A stretch of 64,000 nucleotides of DNA. Origin: the human T2T-CHM13v2.0 reference genome, Homo sapiens. How positions within the stretch are numbered: the first letter of the stretch is position 1; every line of letters begins with the position of its first letter. The stretch is taken from the NCBI RefSeq assembly GCF_009914755.1, contig NC_060941.1; one strand, written 5' to 3'. Below the pieces are notes generated by a model. The model was not told the origin of the DNA and made no database searches. It saw only the letters and a list, made by a program, of their open reading frames with translations. The translations under genes were made by a program, and so were the position numbers. Shown here piece by piece: positions 16,784 through 46,959 of the stretch.

Positions 16784-18216
16784 CTTCTCCATCTGCCTGC
16801 GTCCTGGACGGGCATGATCAGGATACCTGTGCCTTGATGTCTCTCTGCAAAAGCAGACACTAATCACTCTGCTGGGAGTGCCCTCCCTTGCTCCTCCACC
16901 GGGCTCACTCTGGATGTGGCTCAGGCACCCCTGCCTCTGAGAAGCCCTCCTTGCCCCACTGGGTCAGATGAAGCCTGTGTGAGGCATCCTTATCCTGACA
17001 CGGCCCCCTCTGTTCACCAGCCTGGCTCCCCTCCCAGACTGATTCCCCAATGGCAGGGTGGCACCTCCTGCACTGGTTGCAAGAGGAGCTGAGCCATCTG
17101 GGGCCAGGGATGCAACATCATTTGCCTGGGAACCTTGTAGACCAGGGGGCATCTGGGAGAGGCACAGCCGACCTCTCAAGCCGCTCGTCCTGGGCTCGTG
17201 GTGGAGCCCCCACCAGCCCCACAGACACTCTCAGCCGTTCACACGCCCTGGCTGTGAGGAGGGCAGGACCAAGGTTGAGGACTTCTCCCCTGGCCACACG
17301 TGCCAGCTGTTTTTTGCTGTATAACTTTGGGCAGGGCACATGCCCTCTGGGAGTCCTCGGGCCCCATCTCTTAAATGGCTCTGGCAGCACCTACTGGGGA
17401 GGACAGTTGCTATAAGTGGTGTTTAGAAGGTGTTGCTATAAGGATAGCACCGGAAAAAGGGCTGGATGTTTGGTAGATGCCGAGTGGCACTTGCCTAGCC
17501 TGCTCCCGTTTCTCAAACAGGGAAACAGACCCAGAGGGGAACTGATGTGGCCCAGGTCACATGGGTGGGTGGCAGCACAGCCTGGATCCCAGGCTCCCCA
17601 CTGGCTCTTGGCCTTGGCTGTCTTGTCTGCCCCCACCTGCCCCACCCACTACTACTGCCCAGCTGGGATGGATGAGTCGCACGGAGCTGATCAGGCGCTT
17701 GCACTCTGCATAGCCGGGTAAATCTTGTGTCCCCGCCTCCCATGCAAAGATCTCATCGTGATCAGGGCTCTGTAGCTCATCGTTGGCCCAGAAGGACCTG
17801 GTGCCACTGGTTCCTGCTGCCCCTGCACGGGTAGCCATGCCGACCTGGCCCAGCTGAGAGGGGCAGGGGGCGAGGCACTCCTGACCCCATCATCTGGTCC
17901 AGCCTGGGGGAAAAGGTGAGGGGGCCTAATGTCATTGGAACCCTCCATCTTGACTTCTGTCCTCAGCTTTTTGGGACTCTGGGAGGAGCCCAGTGGAGGT
18001 GTTTGCCTCCCAGGATCGCAGGGGCTCAGCAGTTGGAGTGGGGCCATCCCAGCTTTTGCTGTGTGACTTGGCCCGTCACTTTCTTCCTGGGGGCTGTTTT
18101 CTCTCAACATGATTGGTGTTTTGCCAGAACGGGAGGGGATTTGGGGGTGGGCAGCTTTTGGGGGTGGGCAGCTGGCCCTAGCTGATGGGGTCTCGGTGAC
18201 ATTTGTGTCTCTGTAG

Positions 18217-18336
<120 letters not shown>

Positions 18337-18573
18337 TAGGTTTGGGGGTTAAGTAAGGCCTTGGTCAGGTATCTGTGCCAGGCTGGCCCTTGGCCTGGCA
18401 TCGGGGGGACTCTATCCTGAACCCCAGCAGGGAGAGAGGCTGCCAGGAGAGCAGCGTCATTCAGTAGAACTTGTGAAACACAGAGGGAAGTTGGGAGATC
18501 TCAGGAGGTAGTGAGCTCTCCTGTTTCTAGAGGAAAGCAAATAGAGGCTGAGGAGCCGACTAGTATTTATTAA

Positions 18574-19134
<561 letters not shown>

Positions 19135-19532
19135 TAAGCCCAGCCCTGCCTCTGCCTGCCATGTCAGCCCCTTCCCTTAGCCCATCCTCCCGGGCTACTG
19201 CCCAGAGATGCTGTGAAATAGCGTCATCCCCTGGTGGGGGCGACCGTGGCTTTTATTACAGTTGGAAGGTGGCCTCTTGCCCTGCACGTTGGGCACTGTC
19301 CCCTCCCTCAAGGCCCCAGGCCTGACTTGGGCCTGTGGCCAGTCCTCCGTGGTATGTCCTGGGGGAAGCCGTGTGGGCCTCTATAGGGAGGGTTTGGGAG
19401 CAGTGTTCACTGGATACATGGCACGGGCCCTGGGCTCTGTGCTCTCAAGAGCAGGGTGGGGACAGTTGAAAAGACCTCTTTGATGTTGTTGCTGTGTGTG
19501 CCCATCCTCCTTTCTCCTCCACTGTCTGCTGA

Positions 19533-19754
<222 letters not shown>

Positions 19755-20003
19755 TGAGTCAGGGCCTGTGTTCCTGTGGGGTCGCTGCGCCCCAGGTGTC
19801 TTCTCTGCTTTGGACGCAGGCCGCCCAGGGTTGGCCCTGGGGTTGGTGCCTCCTGGTAAGGCTCGGGGCTGGATCTCGGGAGCACTGGGCGGCAGGATGG
19901 GGGGAAGGTCTGAGCAGGGGGAGTGAGGCAGTGGGCCTCGGTGGAGAGTTTCATTTGGAGAAATATGGTCACAGCCTGGTTTCTTTGTGGGACCTTCAAG
20001 TCA

Positions 20004-20355
<352 letters not shown>

Positions 20356-20884
20356 ATTGGAGGAGGCCTCTCAGCCGGCAGGAGGGAGAGGACAGGAGCT
20401 TTGTCTTCTTCCATCCCAGCCAGCTGGGGTCCCTCAGAGCCCGGAACTTCCTGCCCACGGGCTGCGAGCAGGGGCAGGTGAGCAGGTCCTTCCCTGTGGC
20501 ACAGGCCTCCCCCAAGCCAGCCAGCGGGACTGTGATTGGGGATGGGGGTAGGGTAGCAGGCTTGGCTTTTTTTTTTTTCTTTAATAATAAAAGGAGAATT
20601 GTGACTTTCTGGCAAACCGTTCTGGGGAAAACAAAGGGGGTCTTATCGCATGGTGGTGGAGGCAGGAGGCCTGGTCCCTCCGGGGCTGGTTCTGAGCACA
20701 CCTCCTGCCTGAGGAGGGGGTCCCTCTGTCCTCCCCAGGCATTGACACCTGCAAAGGGGTGGTTATGTCCAGATCGGGCCCAGCGTCTCCTGAGTTGAGC
20801 CTATTGGCCAGTCCCTCCAGCCAGCACAATTCAGAAAACCTGTCAAACCAGCTAGGGACCGGAGCAAGGGGGCCTCTTCTCTGA

Positions 20885-21334
<450 letters not shown>

Positions 21335-21730
21335 TAGGGCTGGGCCACAGGGCAGCTTGGGGGGACAGAGGACCCCAGTTGTTGGGGGAGATGGCTGTGA
21401 GGCAGGGAGCCAGGAAGGCTTGGTGAGAGCCCCTCTCTCCTCCTCCATTCCCGAGGCCCCCTGTCCTGTCTCTGGTGCCGCCAGGCTGCCCTCACACCCA
21501 CATTCCCCAGGGGTTGTGGCTCCTCTGGTTTCTGGGCATGACCGGGGACTGGATGGGGACTGGGATTCCTGGCCAGAGCTGGGAGCCCCAGCATGGGGTT
21601 GGTCTTGCCCAAGGACCGAAGGTGATGCCACGGGGCCGAGTGGCCTCCAGCCTGCTACTAGGTCTCGAGCGACGGCTCCTCGGGCTCCAGCCCACCTTTG
21701 CATATTCAGCCAGTCCTCGTGTCAGTGCAT

Positions 21731-22005
21731 GGTATTGATGCCTGCTGTGTGCAGAGTGTGGCCCAAGCGTGGTATTGATGTCTGCTGTGTGCAGGGTGTG
21801 GCCCAAGCGTGGTATTGATGTCTGCTGTGTGCAGGGTGTGGCCCACGCGTGGTATTGATGTCTGCTGTGTGCAGGGTGTGGCCCAAGCGTGGTATTGATG
21901 CCTGCTGTGTGCAGGGTGTGGCCCAAGCGTGGTATTGATGCCTGCTGTGTGCAGAGTGTGGCCCAAGCGTGGTATTGATGCCTGCTGTGTGCAGGGTGTG
22001 GCCCA
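21731..22005. repeat. 40-bp minisatellite (VNTR), ~6.9 copies, intron 5
   Basis: Unit ggtattgatgYctgctgtgtgcagRgtgtggcccaMgcgt with exact period 40. Confidence 0.97.
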
Positions 22006-22443
22006 GGCCTTGTGGGATAATGAAGACGACAGCCAGTCCCTGCTCGACTCTAGTGAGGGGGACCGACCCCGGACATCTCCCCACTGGCCCCAAACAACCT
22101 GGCCTAGGCCATTAGGGACTGTCCTTGGGGCCCAGAAGAGGAACTCATCCCTCCTGGCTAGGAAAGAGCCATCAGGGAAGGAGGCACCCCATTAAGAGGG
22201 GAGCTCAGAAGGAGGAGTGGGAGGAAGGAGCTGGGAAAGGTGTTCCAAAGCAGAAGGCAGGGGCCCAGGGCCATGTGAGCCAAGGTCTTCTGTCTCAGGA
22301 TTCCCAGGTGACCCCTGCTTCCTGGATGGGGAATAAACAGGGGACCTGGAGGGCTGTAGGGGTGTGGACGGTCCTGCCACATACCATCAAAGGAGGCTGT
22401 GTCGCTGGTACATGGGCTGTGCCGTGGACGTGGGCACAGCTGA

Positions 22444-22761
<318 letters not shown>

Positions 22762-22826
22762 TGACCAAGCGTCGCCCCTGTCCTTGTTCTCCCGCCTGGG
22801 CAGGAGCCCGCTGAGGCTGGGGTTAA

Positions 22827-23060
<234 letters not shown>

Positions 23061-23679
23061 TGAGTATGGTGGCTCCTGCTGGCTACCAGCCCCAGCCCAG
23101 TCCCTGAGCCCAACTTCTTCCCCAGGTGGGGCATGGGGGCGAGTGGGATGTCGGGCCGCTGTCTGCAAAGCTGAAGGACCCTGGGGCCATGTGGTCTGTG
23201 TACCTCTTGTGCAGATGGGAAGACTGAGGCCTGGAGAGGGATTTTCCCAGAGTCACACAGCACTCAGTGGTGGAGGGGGACTCCGTTCCTGGGGACCTGC
23301 CCTTTTTGCTAGGTGCCCAGCTTCTGAGGTGCACTCTGGGAGACCAGCCACAGACCAGGCATGAAGGGCAGCAGGACAGGGTCCCCCAAAGCTCTGAATC
23401 TGTCCTCTCTGGACTGATGGAGAGATGCCGTTGCTTGCATGAGCCACAGCTGCCAGTTAGCAAGGAACTGGATATGACCTGGGCCACTTAAAAGGAGATT
23501 TTTGCTTCCAATAAGATTTTCCTTCCCGAAATGGTGTTCTGGCATTTATTGTGAAATTGCCTAGCTTCTTAGGTCCCACCTCTAGGGTGAAGATTTGGGG
23601 GTGGCTCTGGGGTCAGGAGGCACCTGGAAAGCCAGTTCGGGATTTGGTTTTTGGCCGAGGGCCTCAGGAGAGTTGGCAA

Positions 23680-24090
23680 AGTCAGGTCTGTCTGCCAGGG
23701 CTCCAGCGGCGGACGGGGGCACAGTCAAGAACTGGGCGAGGAGAGTTTAATAAAGGGACCCTTTACAAAGGCGTGGGCAGGAATGAGGTCGTGGGTCAGG
23801 CCTCATGCAGCAGCCTCGGGATAACAGCAGTGTGGCGGATCTCAGCCCGTGGCCTGGGTGCGGAGGACTGTCTGATAAGAGCTGCGCTTTGGGCAAATGG
23901 TTGCAGTCAGCTCGCTGCGACCTGGCAGGGAGGGAGCTGTGGATAAGTGTCCCAACCTCATTCCCCTCCTGCCTCACGCCAGGGCCTCATGGTGACTGAA
24001 CCCAATCTGAAGACAGAGGGCCAGGGCTGTGGTTCATCCTGGCCCCCAGGGCAGGGAGCAGGGCACAGATGAGTGGTGTTCGGGGCTGCC
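23680..24090. mobile_element. Degraded ERVL-type LTR relic (LTR33-like)
   Basis: gagagtttaataaagggaccctttacaaaggcgtgggcag resembles an ERVL LTR motif; family assigned from memory only. Confidence 0.4.
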
Positions 24091-24277
24091 CAATGCTAAG
24101 CTCTCTGAAGCTCAGAGAGAAGTAAGGCCGTCCCCAAAGCCGAGTCTTCTGGAGGGCGCGTTTGTTATTCTCTCCCTGCCTTTGTGCCTTGTGTTGTCAG
24201 CCTCTGACGTCGGTCTACAACCGACCTTGTTTGTTTCTGGTCTGAGTCCTCAGTGCCCACATTTAAGAGTGGTCCTT

Positions 24278-24575
<298 letters not shown>

Positions 24576-26252
24576 GTGGTCCTCATGGGCTTGTTGGGTT
24601 AAAGGAGCCTCACCCCAGGCCTCACCTGCCTTCCTCATTCCTTTCCCAGCCCAACCACCAACCACCTGGCCCCGGCCCCAGCCCCGGCCCTGGCCCACCA
24701 CCCCGGCCCCTGAGCCTGGCCAGGGAAAGAATCAGAGCCAGAGGGTCTTGTAACCTGCACTTGGTATTGTAAGTCTCGCTTTGACCTGAGATAGCTGCCC
24801 CTCTCTGGGGCAGCAACTCTCTCTCCGAGGGCAGAATCGAGACTGGCTCTGAGCTCCTTAGCCTGAGTTTTTGGAATATCGGTATCAGCCCTGTTATGTT
24901 GCCTTGGATGACGCGCTTGGACTCAGCCCCCTGGGGTCACAAGAACTCCTTGTATACTTTAAAAGCCTTTCTGTCTTGGCTGCTTGGGGTTAGCTGTCAT
25001 CCTAATTGCAGAAACAGCTCTGGACGAGCGTGTTGTGCAACTGGATCCAGACGATGGTGTGGTGGAGCCAAGGGGAATGGGTGGTGCAGGGAGCGGGCAG
25101 CTCATGAGGATGGGGCCCAGCTGCCGAAGCCCAGACGTGGCAACCGTCAATCAGACTGTCAGAGGACACAGGGTCAGGGTATCGGGGTGGATACCCCAGC
25201 ACCCACCCCAGCGGCAAGGTCACTCCAGCACCCACTCCAGCGGCGAGGTCACCCCCACACCCACCCCAGGGTGAGGCCACACTGTCTTGCAGGATTCTTC
25301 CTTGTCTAAGTCCAGTGATGCCCGCTTATGCCCTGGTCACCTTGGTCACCCTCTGCCCTAGACCAGGCTAGGCTGTGGCAGGGAGAGGGATGCCCCGGGC
25401 CGTGGGGTGGTGGCCCCATGCCCCAGCCTGCAGGGAACACAGCTCCCCTTGGCAGCCAGAACCAGAGCGATTCTGGGCTGTGCTTCCCCAGCACGAGGTT
25501 TGAGTTCAGGGAGCTTCTAGACTCCAAACAGATGTTTCTTCTATTCCCAGCTTGGTGGGGTGATGGGGAGGCAGCGGCGGAGGCTGGTCCAGGTTTTGCC
25601 TTCTGCCTTCCCGGAGCACACAGCAGGGTAAAAACGTGGGCCCCGCCTCCCGGTGGCCTGGGCCTGCTCCAGCTGTGGAGGGGGCAGGGAGGATGGGTCT
25701 GATGAAGCCGCTGAGATGAGTTCTTGCTTTTCTGCTGACTCGAGGGCGTGGGGAGGGGCGTCCACCGCAGGCCTGTGCCGGGGGGTCGGGGGAGTTTGCT
25801 CAGAGCCTGGGAAGAGGCCTCCCCTCATGACTCATCCGTAAGATTATCTCCCAGGTACTAGGGGGAGAGGGCTGGGAAGACTGGCTCGCCTGCCTGGGGC
25901 CTCTGGGGAGGACGACAGCTTGGATCACCTCATTTGTTGGACAATAGGCTGGTTAGAAGAGCTGGCAGGAAAGCGCAGGGACACCTGCCTGAGGGTACTA
26001 GCTGTCAGTGTCCTCACCGATGTTCCTGAGGTTTGCGGCAAAGGCTGAGCAGATCCAGGGTCGTGCAGGCAGCAGGACCACAGAGCTAAGAAAGGCAGCC
26101 TGGGGGCAGGCAGGGTGGGATGAGAGGAGCCTGGGGTCTGACAAGACAACTTCTGGAAGGGAAAGGAGGACACAGGTCCCCAAACCACGGGTTCACCTTG
26201 CGTGAGGAATGAAGCATTTCCCCGAGCAAGTGCCTTAAAGGCACAAGGATCA

Positions 26253-27560
<1,308 letters not shown>

Positions 27561-27760
27561 TGAATCATTAAAACAAACCTGTATCATTTTTACAAAAGCA
27601 GTTGTTGTTTTTTTTTTAATTTAAAAGGCAATTGGGACCTCTAATATTTGGAGACTCAAACATTTTTTATAAATGTCAATGCTGATCATCACTTTCTTTT
27701 TCTGCTGTCTCCCGAGTTTTGTCCAGCCTATGTCTGCAGCTTCCAGGAATCTTGCCATCA

Positions 27761-27958
27761 TAGGTCAAATATCCCTTATCCAAAATGGCCTGGGACCAGA
27801 AGTGTTTTGGATTTTAGATTTTGGAATATTTGCATTATATAATACTTACCGGTTGAGCATCCCAAATTTAAAAAATCCAAAGGCTCAAAAATCTGAAACT
27901 TTTTGAGTGCCAGACACAATGCTGAAAGGAAATGCTCATTGGCGCATTTTGGATTCGG
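27761..27958. mobile_element. Tigger4/MER46-type DNA transposon MITE
   Basis: tatcccttatccaaaatg...gggaccagaagtgttttggattt...ggaatatttgcatta...tacttaccggttgagcatccc matches the Tigger4 family pattern. Confidence 0.8.
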
Positions 27959-28000
27959 TATGATGAACCTGTGCCATTGAAGCTGGCACCATGTCTCTGA

Positions 28001-28435
<435 letters not shown>

Positions 28436-29568
28436 GTGGAAGGTGGGTGCCCTTGAAGGTCTGCTGTGAGCTGTGCTTCAAAGACAGAGAATGCTCTCTG
28501 CCTGTGGGAGGCGGAATTTGGAGCTCCCCAGGAAAAGAAGTGGGTGAAGAGCAAAGGTGGCAGGTGAAGAAAAGAGGGAGCCAGGAGACGGTGGTTGCGT
28601 GTTGCATATTGTGACCCCTCCCTGCTCCCCTAGGAACCCCTACACTCTCATGTACTCAACTTAGAAATAACAACAGTGGGGACCATATGGATCATGGCCC
28701 AGTGCCCTGGTTGCCTGCTGGGGAAGCCGGCGATCTGGACAGCGGAGGATGACACAGGGCATGGCATCCACTCCCATCCTGACTGCCACCCTGGACTTGA
28801 AGACTTGCCACCAGGGCAGGGGCCCACCAGGGGTCATTATCAGAGGGTAAACGCAGCCTCTAGAATGAGGAGGGGTCAGCTTGCTGTCTTCTGCAGAGGC
28901 TGGACAACACCCGGAAAATGCCGGCAATTCTGAGGGCCTCCTATGAAGTGGGTTAGGGAGTGGCAAGACCTGGTTCGGAGAGGTGGGTCCTGGGTATCCT
29001 TTGTGGGAACAGTTAAGGAACCAGAGCTGTTTAGTTCAGAGAAAGACATGGAAGGAAGGTTTTCTTCTGGCGTGTGAAGGGTTCTGACATGGGGGAAAAA
29101 TCAGACTGAGAATAAGTAGCCTTATGGGGTCAGCAGGTAGAAAGTACACACAGGCACAAATAGCGTAAGAAATGTTAGAAGAACTTTCTCGTGGTCAGAG
29201 CATCTGCAGAGGGTTCTGAGCTGTCCTTGGAGGAAATTGGGTCCCCTTTCCCTGGACCCTGAGATGAACAAGCTGAGGCAGGGCCTTTATAGAGGTGATT
29301 GGTGCTTCTGACAGGGGTGTTTGGATGGTTGGAGGTCCTAGAGTCCTCATGCTGTCCCTACTTAACATGTGGCACCACTGAGGCCACCGCCGTCAGTGCT
29401 GATAACCAGAGCATGTGTGGAGCCTGTTTCTACACACCTGGGATCCTCCAAATAGCAGGTGTGGGAGTGGAGGTGCCCCAGCTGTGTGGCAGGTGGAAAG
29501 GAGGGCACCAGATATGAAATGATCGCTCAGGAAGGTGAACTCAGGTCCCCAGCCTCTCTGAACTCAGA

Positions 29569-29879
<311 letters not shown>

Positions 29880-30341
29880 TGAACTCAGATTTTTCAATGC
29901 TTTATCATCGACAAAGCACCTTTGCACGCCTGCTCGCATCAGAGGGTCAGCTTCCCTGACATCGAGCCCTGCCCTGGCCTGTCCCAGGGAGAAAGGGTGC
30001 CCGCTCATTGGGCCAAACCCACTCATCACCCCACAAAGCCTGTTGGATTCACTTACAGGCCACCCGCTACAACTCCAAGCAGGAGGTGGGGAGGGGATCC
30101 AGGACAGATGCCTCCATTTCGCCTTGACATTTGGTTTCTGGTAGGAGGCCTGGCGTCCAGCCAGCACAGCAGAGCAGGGCCTGCGGGTAATGTTACAGTC
30201 TTGTCTCTGGAGCACACAGCCGCGTGAGTCCTGGTAGAAAGTGCTGAGTGCGTCGTGCCAAACTGGGATGGGTCAGAGGAGTCTTGCTCGCTCGCTGGGG
30301 TCTCCCCTCTGGCTGGGCTCTCTGGGGAACAAGATGCATAA

Positions 30342-31202
<861 letters not shown>

Positions 31203-31764
31203 TAACATTTATTAGCTCTTTCAATGTGCCCTTTGCTGTTCCACCTGATTTGCATGGGTTTATAATTTTCATACCACTCTTTCGAGGTGGATATAATTCA
31301 CAGATGGAGAAACTGAAGCCCGGAGAAATGAAGTGTGTTGCCCACAGATATATAGCTCAGAAGAGATGGAGCTGGGATTTCAACCCTGACAGCCATGCGC
31401 TTATTGATGGGAAAAAAAATAGACTGGAGACCCCTGGAACTACAAAAGTACACACAGCTGCTGAAGGAAGGGCACTGACAATCGGGCCAAGTGCGATCGT
31501 TTTTGCCTTTTTGGTTCTGCCTGATAATGTCAGGCCGGCTCCATCTGGTGCCCAGGGGACCCAGGCATACTGTAAGCAGAGTCAGAGGAGGCAGGGGGCG
31601 CAGGGCTGGGCATTCCAGAGGCTGTCTGTTGTTATTTCAGGACTCGCTGCTGAGATGAGCAGGGCGATGCGTCTTGACTGTTGACGTTCCTCCTCCCACG
31701 TCCACGAGGCCTTCAGCCTCCCTCTGAGCCCCAGTGAAAGGCCACAGTGTACACACGAGTCTAA

Positions 31765-32830
<1,066 letters not shown>

Positions 32831-32871
32831 CCCAAATTAAATAAAGTAAGTCTGTTTAAATGAAAACATGA

Positions 32872-33222
<351 letters not shown>

Positions 33223-33387
33223 AGCCCCTGAGCCTGGATTGCCAAAGAGCAGCCCCAGGAAGAGGCCGGGGGTCCGCTTGCGATTCCCCAGCCAGGATGC
33301 CCCCAGGAGCCTTGCCGTTTGGTGTGAGCGCGCTGTTTGTTCTGTGGCATGTGACGGCACTCCCCTTCGAGCCCAGCTGTGTTACTG

Positions 33388-33393
33388 ATTAAA
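33388..33393 (+). terminator. SMTNL2: Candidate proximal poly(A) signal ATTAAA of SMTNL2
   Basis: ATTAAA about 165 nt after the stop; downstream element is weak. Confidence 0.35.
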
Positions 33394-34029
33394 AGTACTG
33401 CTGAGCTGTGGTCCGACAGCACTGATCACAGCCAAGGGCTTGGAGGAAAAGGAAAAATTATGAGAGAGAGAGAGACATTGGTGCTAAGTAATGATCTTCC
33501 TAAAGAAATGCTTGTGTTTATAGCTTCCAGAATGCTAATCTACAATTTTCCCTCTGGTGAATTCGATACATCGGCTTTACAGGGTTACAGTGATTACCAA
33601 GTGTTTTTTTTTATCAAAATACCCAGAGTTTTTTACTTCCTCACGCGATTGTAGGTTCCTCTCCTCCCTCCCTCTGGGCCACTGCCAGGAAACAGAGAGA
33701 CCGCTTAATCAGCAGCTTGACAAAGAAGACCTCAAGTCTTGGGAAGAAACAGTTTAATCACTCCCAAGTCCTGGGCAACAGATGACCTTCAAGTCACCTC
33801 CGCTCTCCGGGGAGATGGGAAGGCTCTCCTCTCGGTCCCAAAGTCCTCCTGTTCTTCCCAGGAGGCCCCACAAGTGTTTGGCTAAGCACAGGCTCTCGGG
33901 AATTTAACACTTTTGGGGAAGGAATAGGCCCTTTGTGCTGAGAGAGAGTTTTTATTCACATCTTTTTTAGGGGATTTGCTGCAGATATTTATAAAAAGTA
34001 ACTCCCTCTGTACCACTGACCCATTTATA

Positions 34030-34035
34030 CATAAA
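34030..34035 (+). terminator. SMTNL2: Candidate distal poly(A) signal CATAAA of SMTNL2
   Basis: Upstream TGTA (34009-34012) and a downstream GT-rich tract ttggggtttgtcatttctgttt. Confidence 0.5.
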
Positions 34036-36135
34036 AAAGATGTGTTGAATTTTGCTTGGGGTTTGTCATTTCTGTTTAGATGGGAGTTCTGTGAATAAGA
34101 GACTTTGCACACCTTCCAAGTGAATATCCACTACATTCCACCCCTGTTCCTGCACTTAAATCACTGGCCTGGAAAGCTGAAGATGGCATTTGCTGTCATC
34201 TCTGATCATCTCTGAGTGTGCCTGTCTCCCATCTCCATGTTGTGGAAGGAGCGTCAACAGAAAGTTCCCCTTGAGATCCGTCCTCTGGATGTAGACCGCA
34301 GTGTTTGTGATAAACAGTGGCCCAAGACAGCAGGGTTTGGGGTGGTCCCGCACTTGGAGGAAGCCCATCAAGGAACGTTGGTTTATTTTCACAGCTGTTT
34401 GGTGGTAGGACTTTCATAGAAAAATCTTGAGATTCTATAGAGCTCCAGCCATTAGCTTATTCTCAGCCAAGAATCATTGTATAATTGGGTTGGATTTTAG
34501 CCATGCACTTCTAAACCTTCCCTTTAAGGAGCGGATCTGTGTCTTCACCTCATGCAGCCGGCTCTCAACACCAGTGCCTGTGTGCCTTTGTGGGGTCCCA
34601 CGTGTCCCTTGGGTGGTATATTGGGGGGTGGGCAGGAGATCCCTGGGGGTGTCAGGAGGAACATGGCAGAGCCTGCAGGTGGGTGAGCAGTATTCTCCAT
34701 GGATTGGTTGGTCCAGGCTGCAGTCTTGTCCTCTCTCTCGGATTCTCCCACTCTGGAAACCATTCCCTTGCTAGCTCTCTCGTCTCTTGTACGCTTGGGG
34801 AGGTGAGACCTATTATTAACAGGACACATAACTGAAGGTTAGGGTTTCAAACCTGAAGCCAATCTGGGAACACAAGGGCTCTGTAAAAAGCATGGCTATA
34901 TGTTACTGAGTCCTCGCACACGTTAAATAGAGCTCTCCCGAGTTGCAGACACGGCCGTACGCTCTGCGCATGAAACAGAGCAGATCCTGCCAGAATGCAG
35001 AACAATTTCTTTTAAACTTTAGGAATGGTGTCCCTCATGTCTCACATTCAGAATGAGACAGACTCGAGTTTTTAAAGTTGGTTCCATGATGTTCTTGTCT
35101 GTGGTCTTTGTTGGGGGTGGGGGGTGAGAGATCATAAGACAGTTTGTGAGTTTCAAACATGATTTTACCTCTAAGACAAAGCATGAGAAGAAAATCCAGG
35201 AAGGTCTCACAATCCTAAGATATTTGGAAACCACCGTTTTAGGTCGGGGTTACGTGAATGTTCCCCATTTGTGAGACCCAATTTCATCTTGCTTTCTACC
35301 CTGGTATGGAGGAATTCACATCTTTTTTCCCCTTTCCCGAGAGAATTATTTCTTGGAGCTGCTCATAAGAGTCTTCTGTTTTTCCAGATAGATTCCTTCA
35401 CCTGGATTTTGTTAAACTTATTAAGTCGGACCAAATTGGCTTGTGTGTTTCCCTGAAGTGAACGTTTCACCAGAGCCACGATGGGTTTTAGCTTTTCTGA
35501 TAGCTGATGGATATTTTTCAAGGCAAGCGAGAGCCTATAAGCACTTTCTGAATATGACAGAGCACATGCTGGTGAGAGGAGACCGCACAGGCCAGGTGTT
35601 TGGGGAACAGTTTGTTAAAGCCAATGAATTTCGCAAATGTGCTAGATGATGAAGAGTTCTCAGCTTTCCCGGTTGCAGTGATCAGAACTCTGTAACTGGA
35701 GACCGGTGTGAGAGAAGATTTTATTCTCTGCCATCATGACCGGGTCTATACGACTGCAGGCAATTGCACAGAAGACTAGAAATGCTGATTCAGTTGGTCA
35801 GTTTGGGGTGGGACATCTTACCAGTCCAGCAGAACCAACTCTGGCTTGGGTTTTTCTAGCTGGTGACAGGTGACCAACTCATTCTGATGAGTTGATTACG
35901 CCTGTGGACGTGGCCCACTTGATTTATTTTTTCTCCCTCTGTTAGCTGTGCTCTCCCAACCACCTGATAAATGGACCCAGTATGATTATTTCTGAGCCAT
36001 CTTATCTCTCTCACTTTTAAAGCTTGGATTGGGTTTGCTTTTAGAGCTTTTGATCTCTTATCTCTTGGTTCTTGGACTTGCTTTGATACCAAACAGCCCT
36101 CATAGTCTTTTGAAAGAACACCTTAAAAATTCCTA

Positions 36136-46617
<10,482 letters not shown>

Positions 46618-46959
46618 CTAACCCCCTTCCCCCACCATCCCGCTCACCCCGTCTTACTCCTGGGAAGGAACCATCCTTATCTCTTCTATGTATTTCGCTT
46701 TGTATTTCTCCCCAGATTTCTGACATTGTCCTACTCTTCTTTCTTGATCCTTTCTTTGTAGGTGCCCATTGATTTCCCACTGTGGGGGCTGGGAACTGGG
46801 CCCTGTCCCACTGTGACCCCATCACTTCCTCTGCTCAGTCCTCCCACAATGTGGTCATATCACAACTTTGGTTAAATTGATAGTGTTTTTATTTTAATCA
46901 CTATGCAAATAATATTCAACTCAAAATGTTCCTCAACTCTTACGGTCTCCCCAAAACCT

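Noticed and set aside
21492-22093. Repetitive ORFs and a CRISPR-like look
   Set aside because: Pure head-to-tail 40-bp tandem repeat with no unique spacers, in a human intron; the ORFs are translations of the VNTR.
28825-28838. CTCF-like motif ccaccaggggtca
   Set aside because: Mismatches in the core; cannot be supported from sequence alone.
34104-34140. miR-19 (TTTGCACA) and miR-1/206 (ACATTCCA) 8-mers near the SMTNL2 3' end
   Set aside because: They lie beyond the most plausible cleavage site (~34050-34055), so they are probably not in the mature mRNA.
35203-35278. 10-bp inverted repeat ggtctcacaa/ttgtgagacc
   Set aside because: Short stem with a 56-nt unpaired spacer; compatible with chance or a decayed DNA transposon, not a pre-miRNA.
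35645-35790. Box C-like GATGATGA suggesting a snoRNA
   Set aside because: No suitably placed box D with a terminal stem and no host intron evident.
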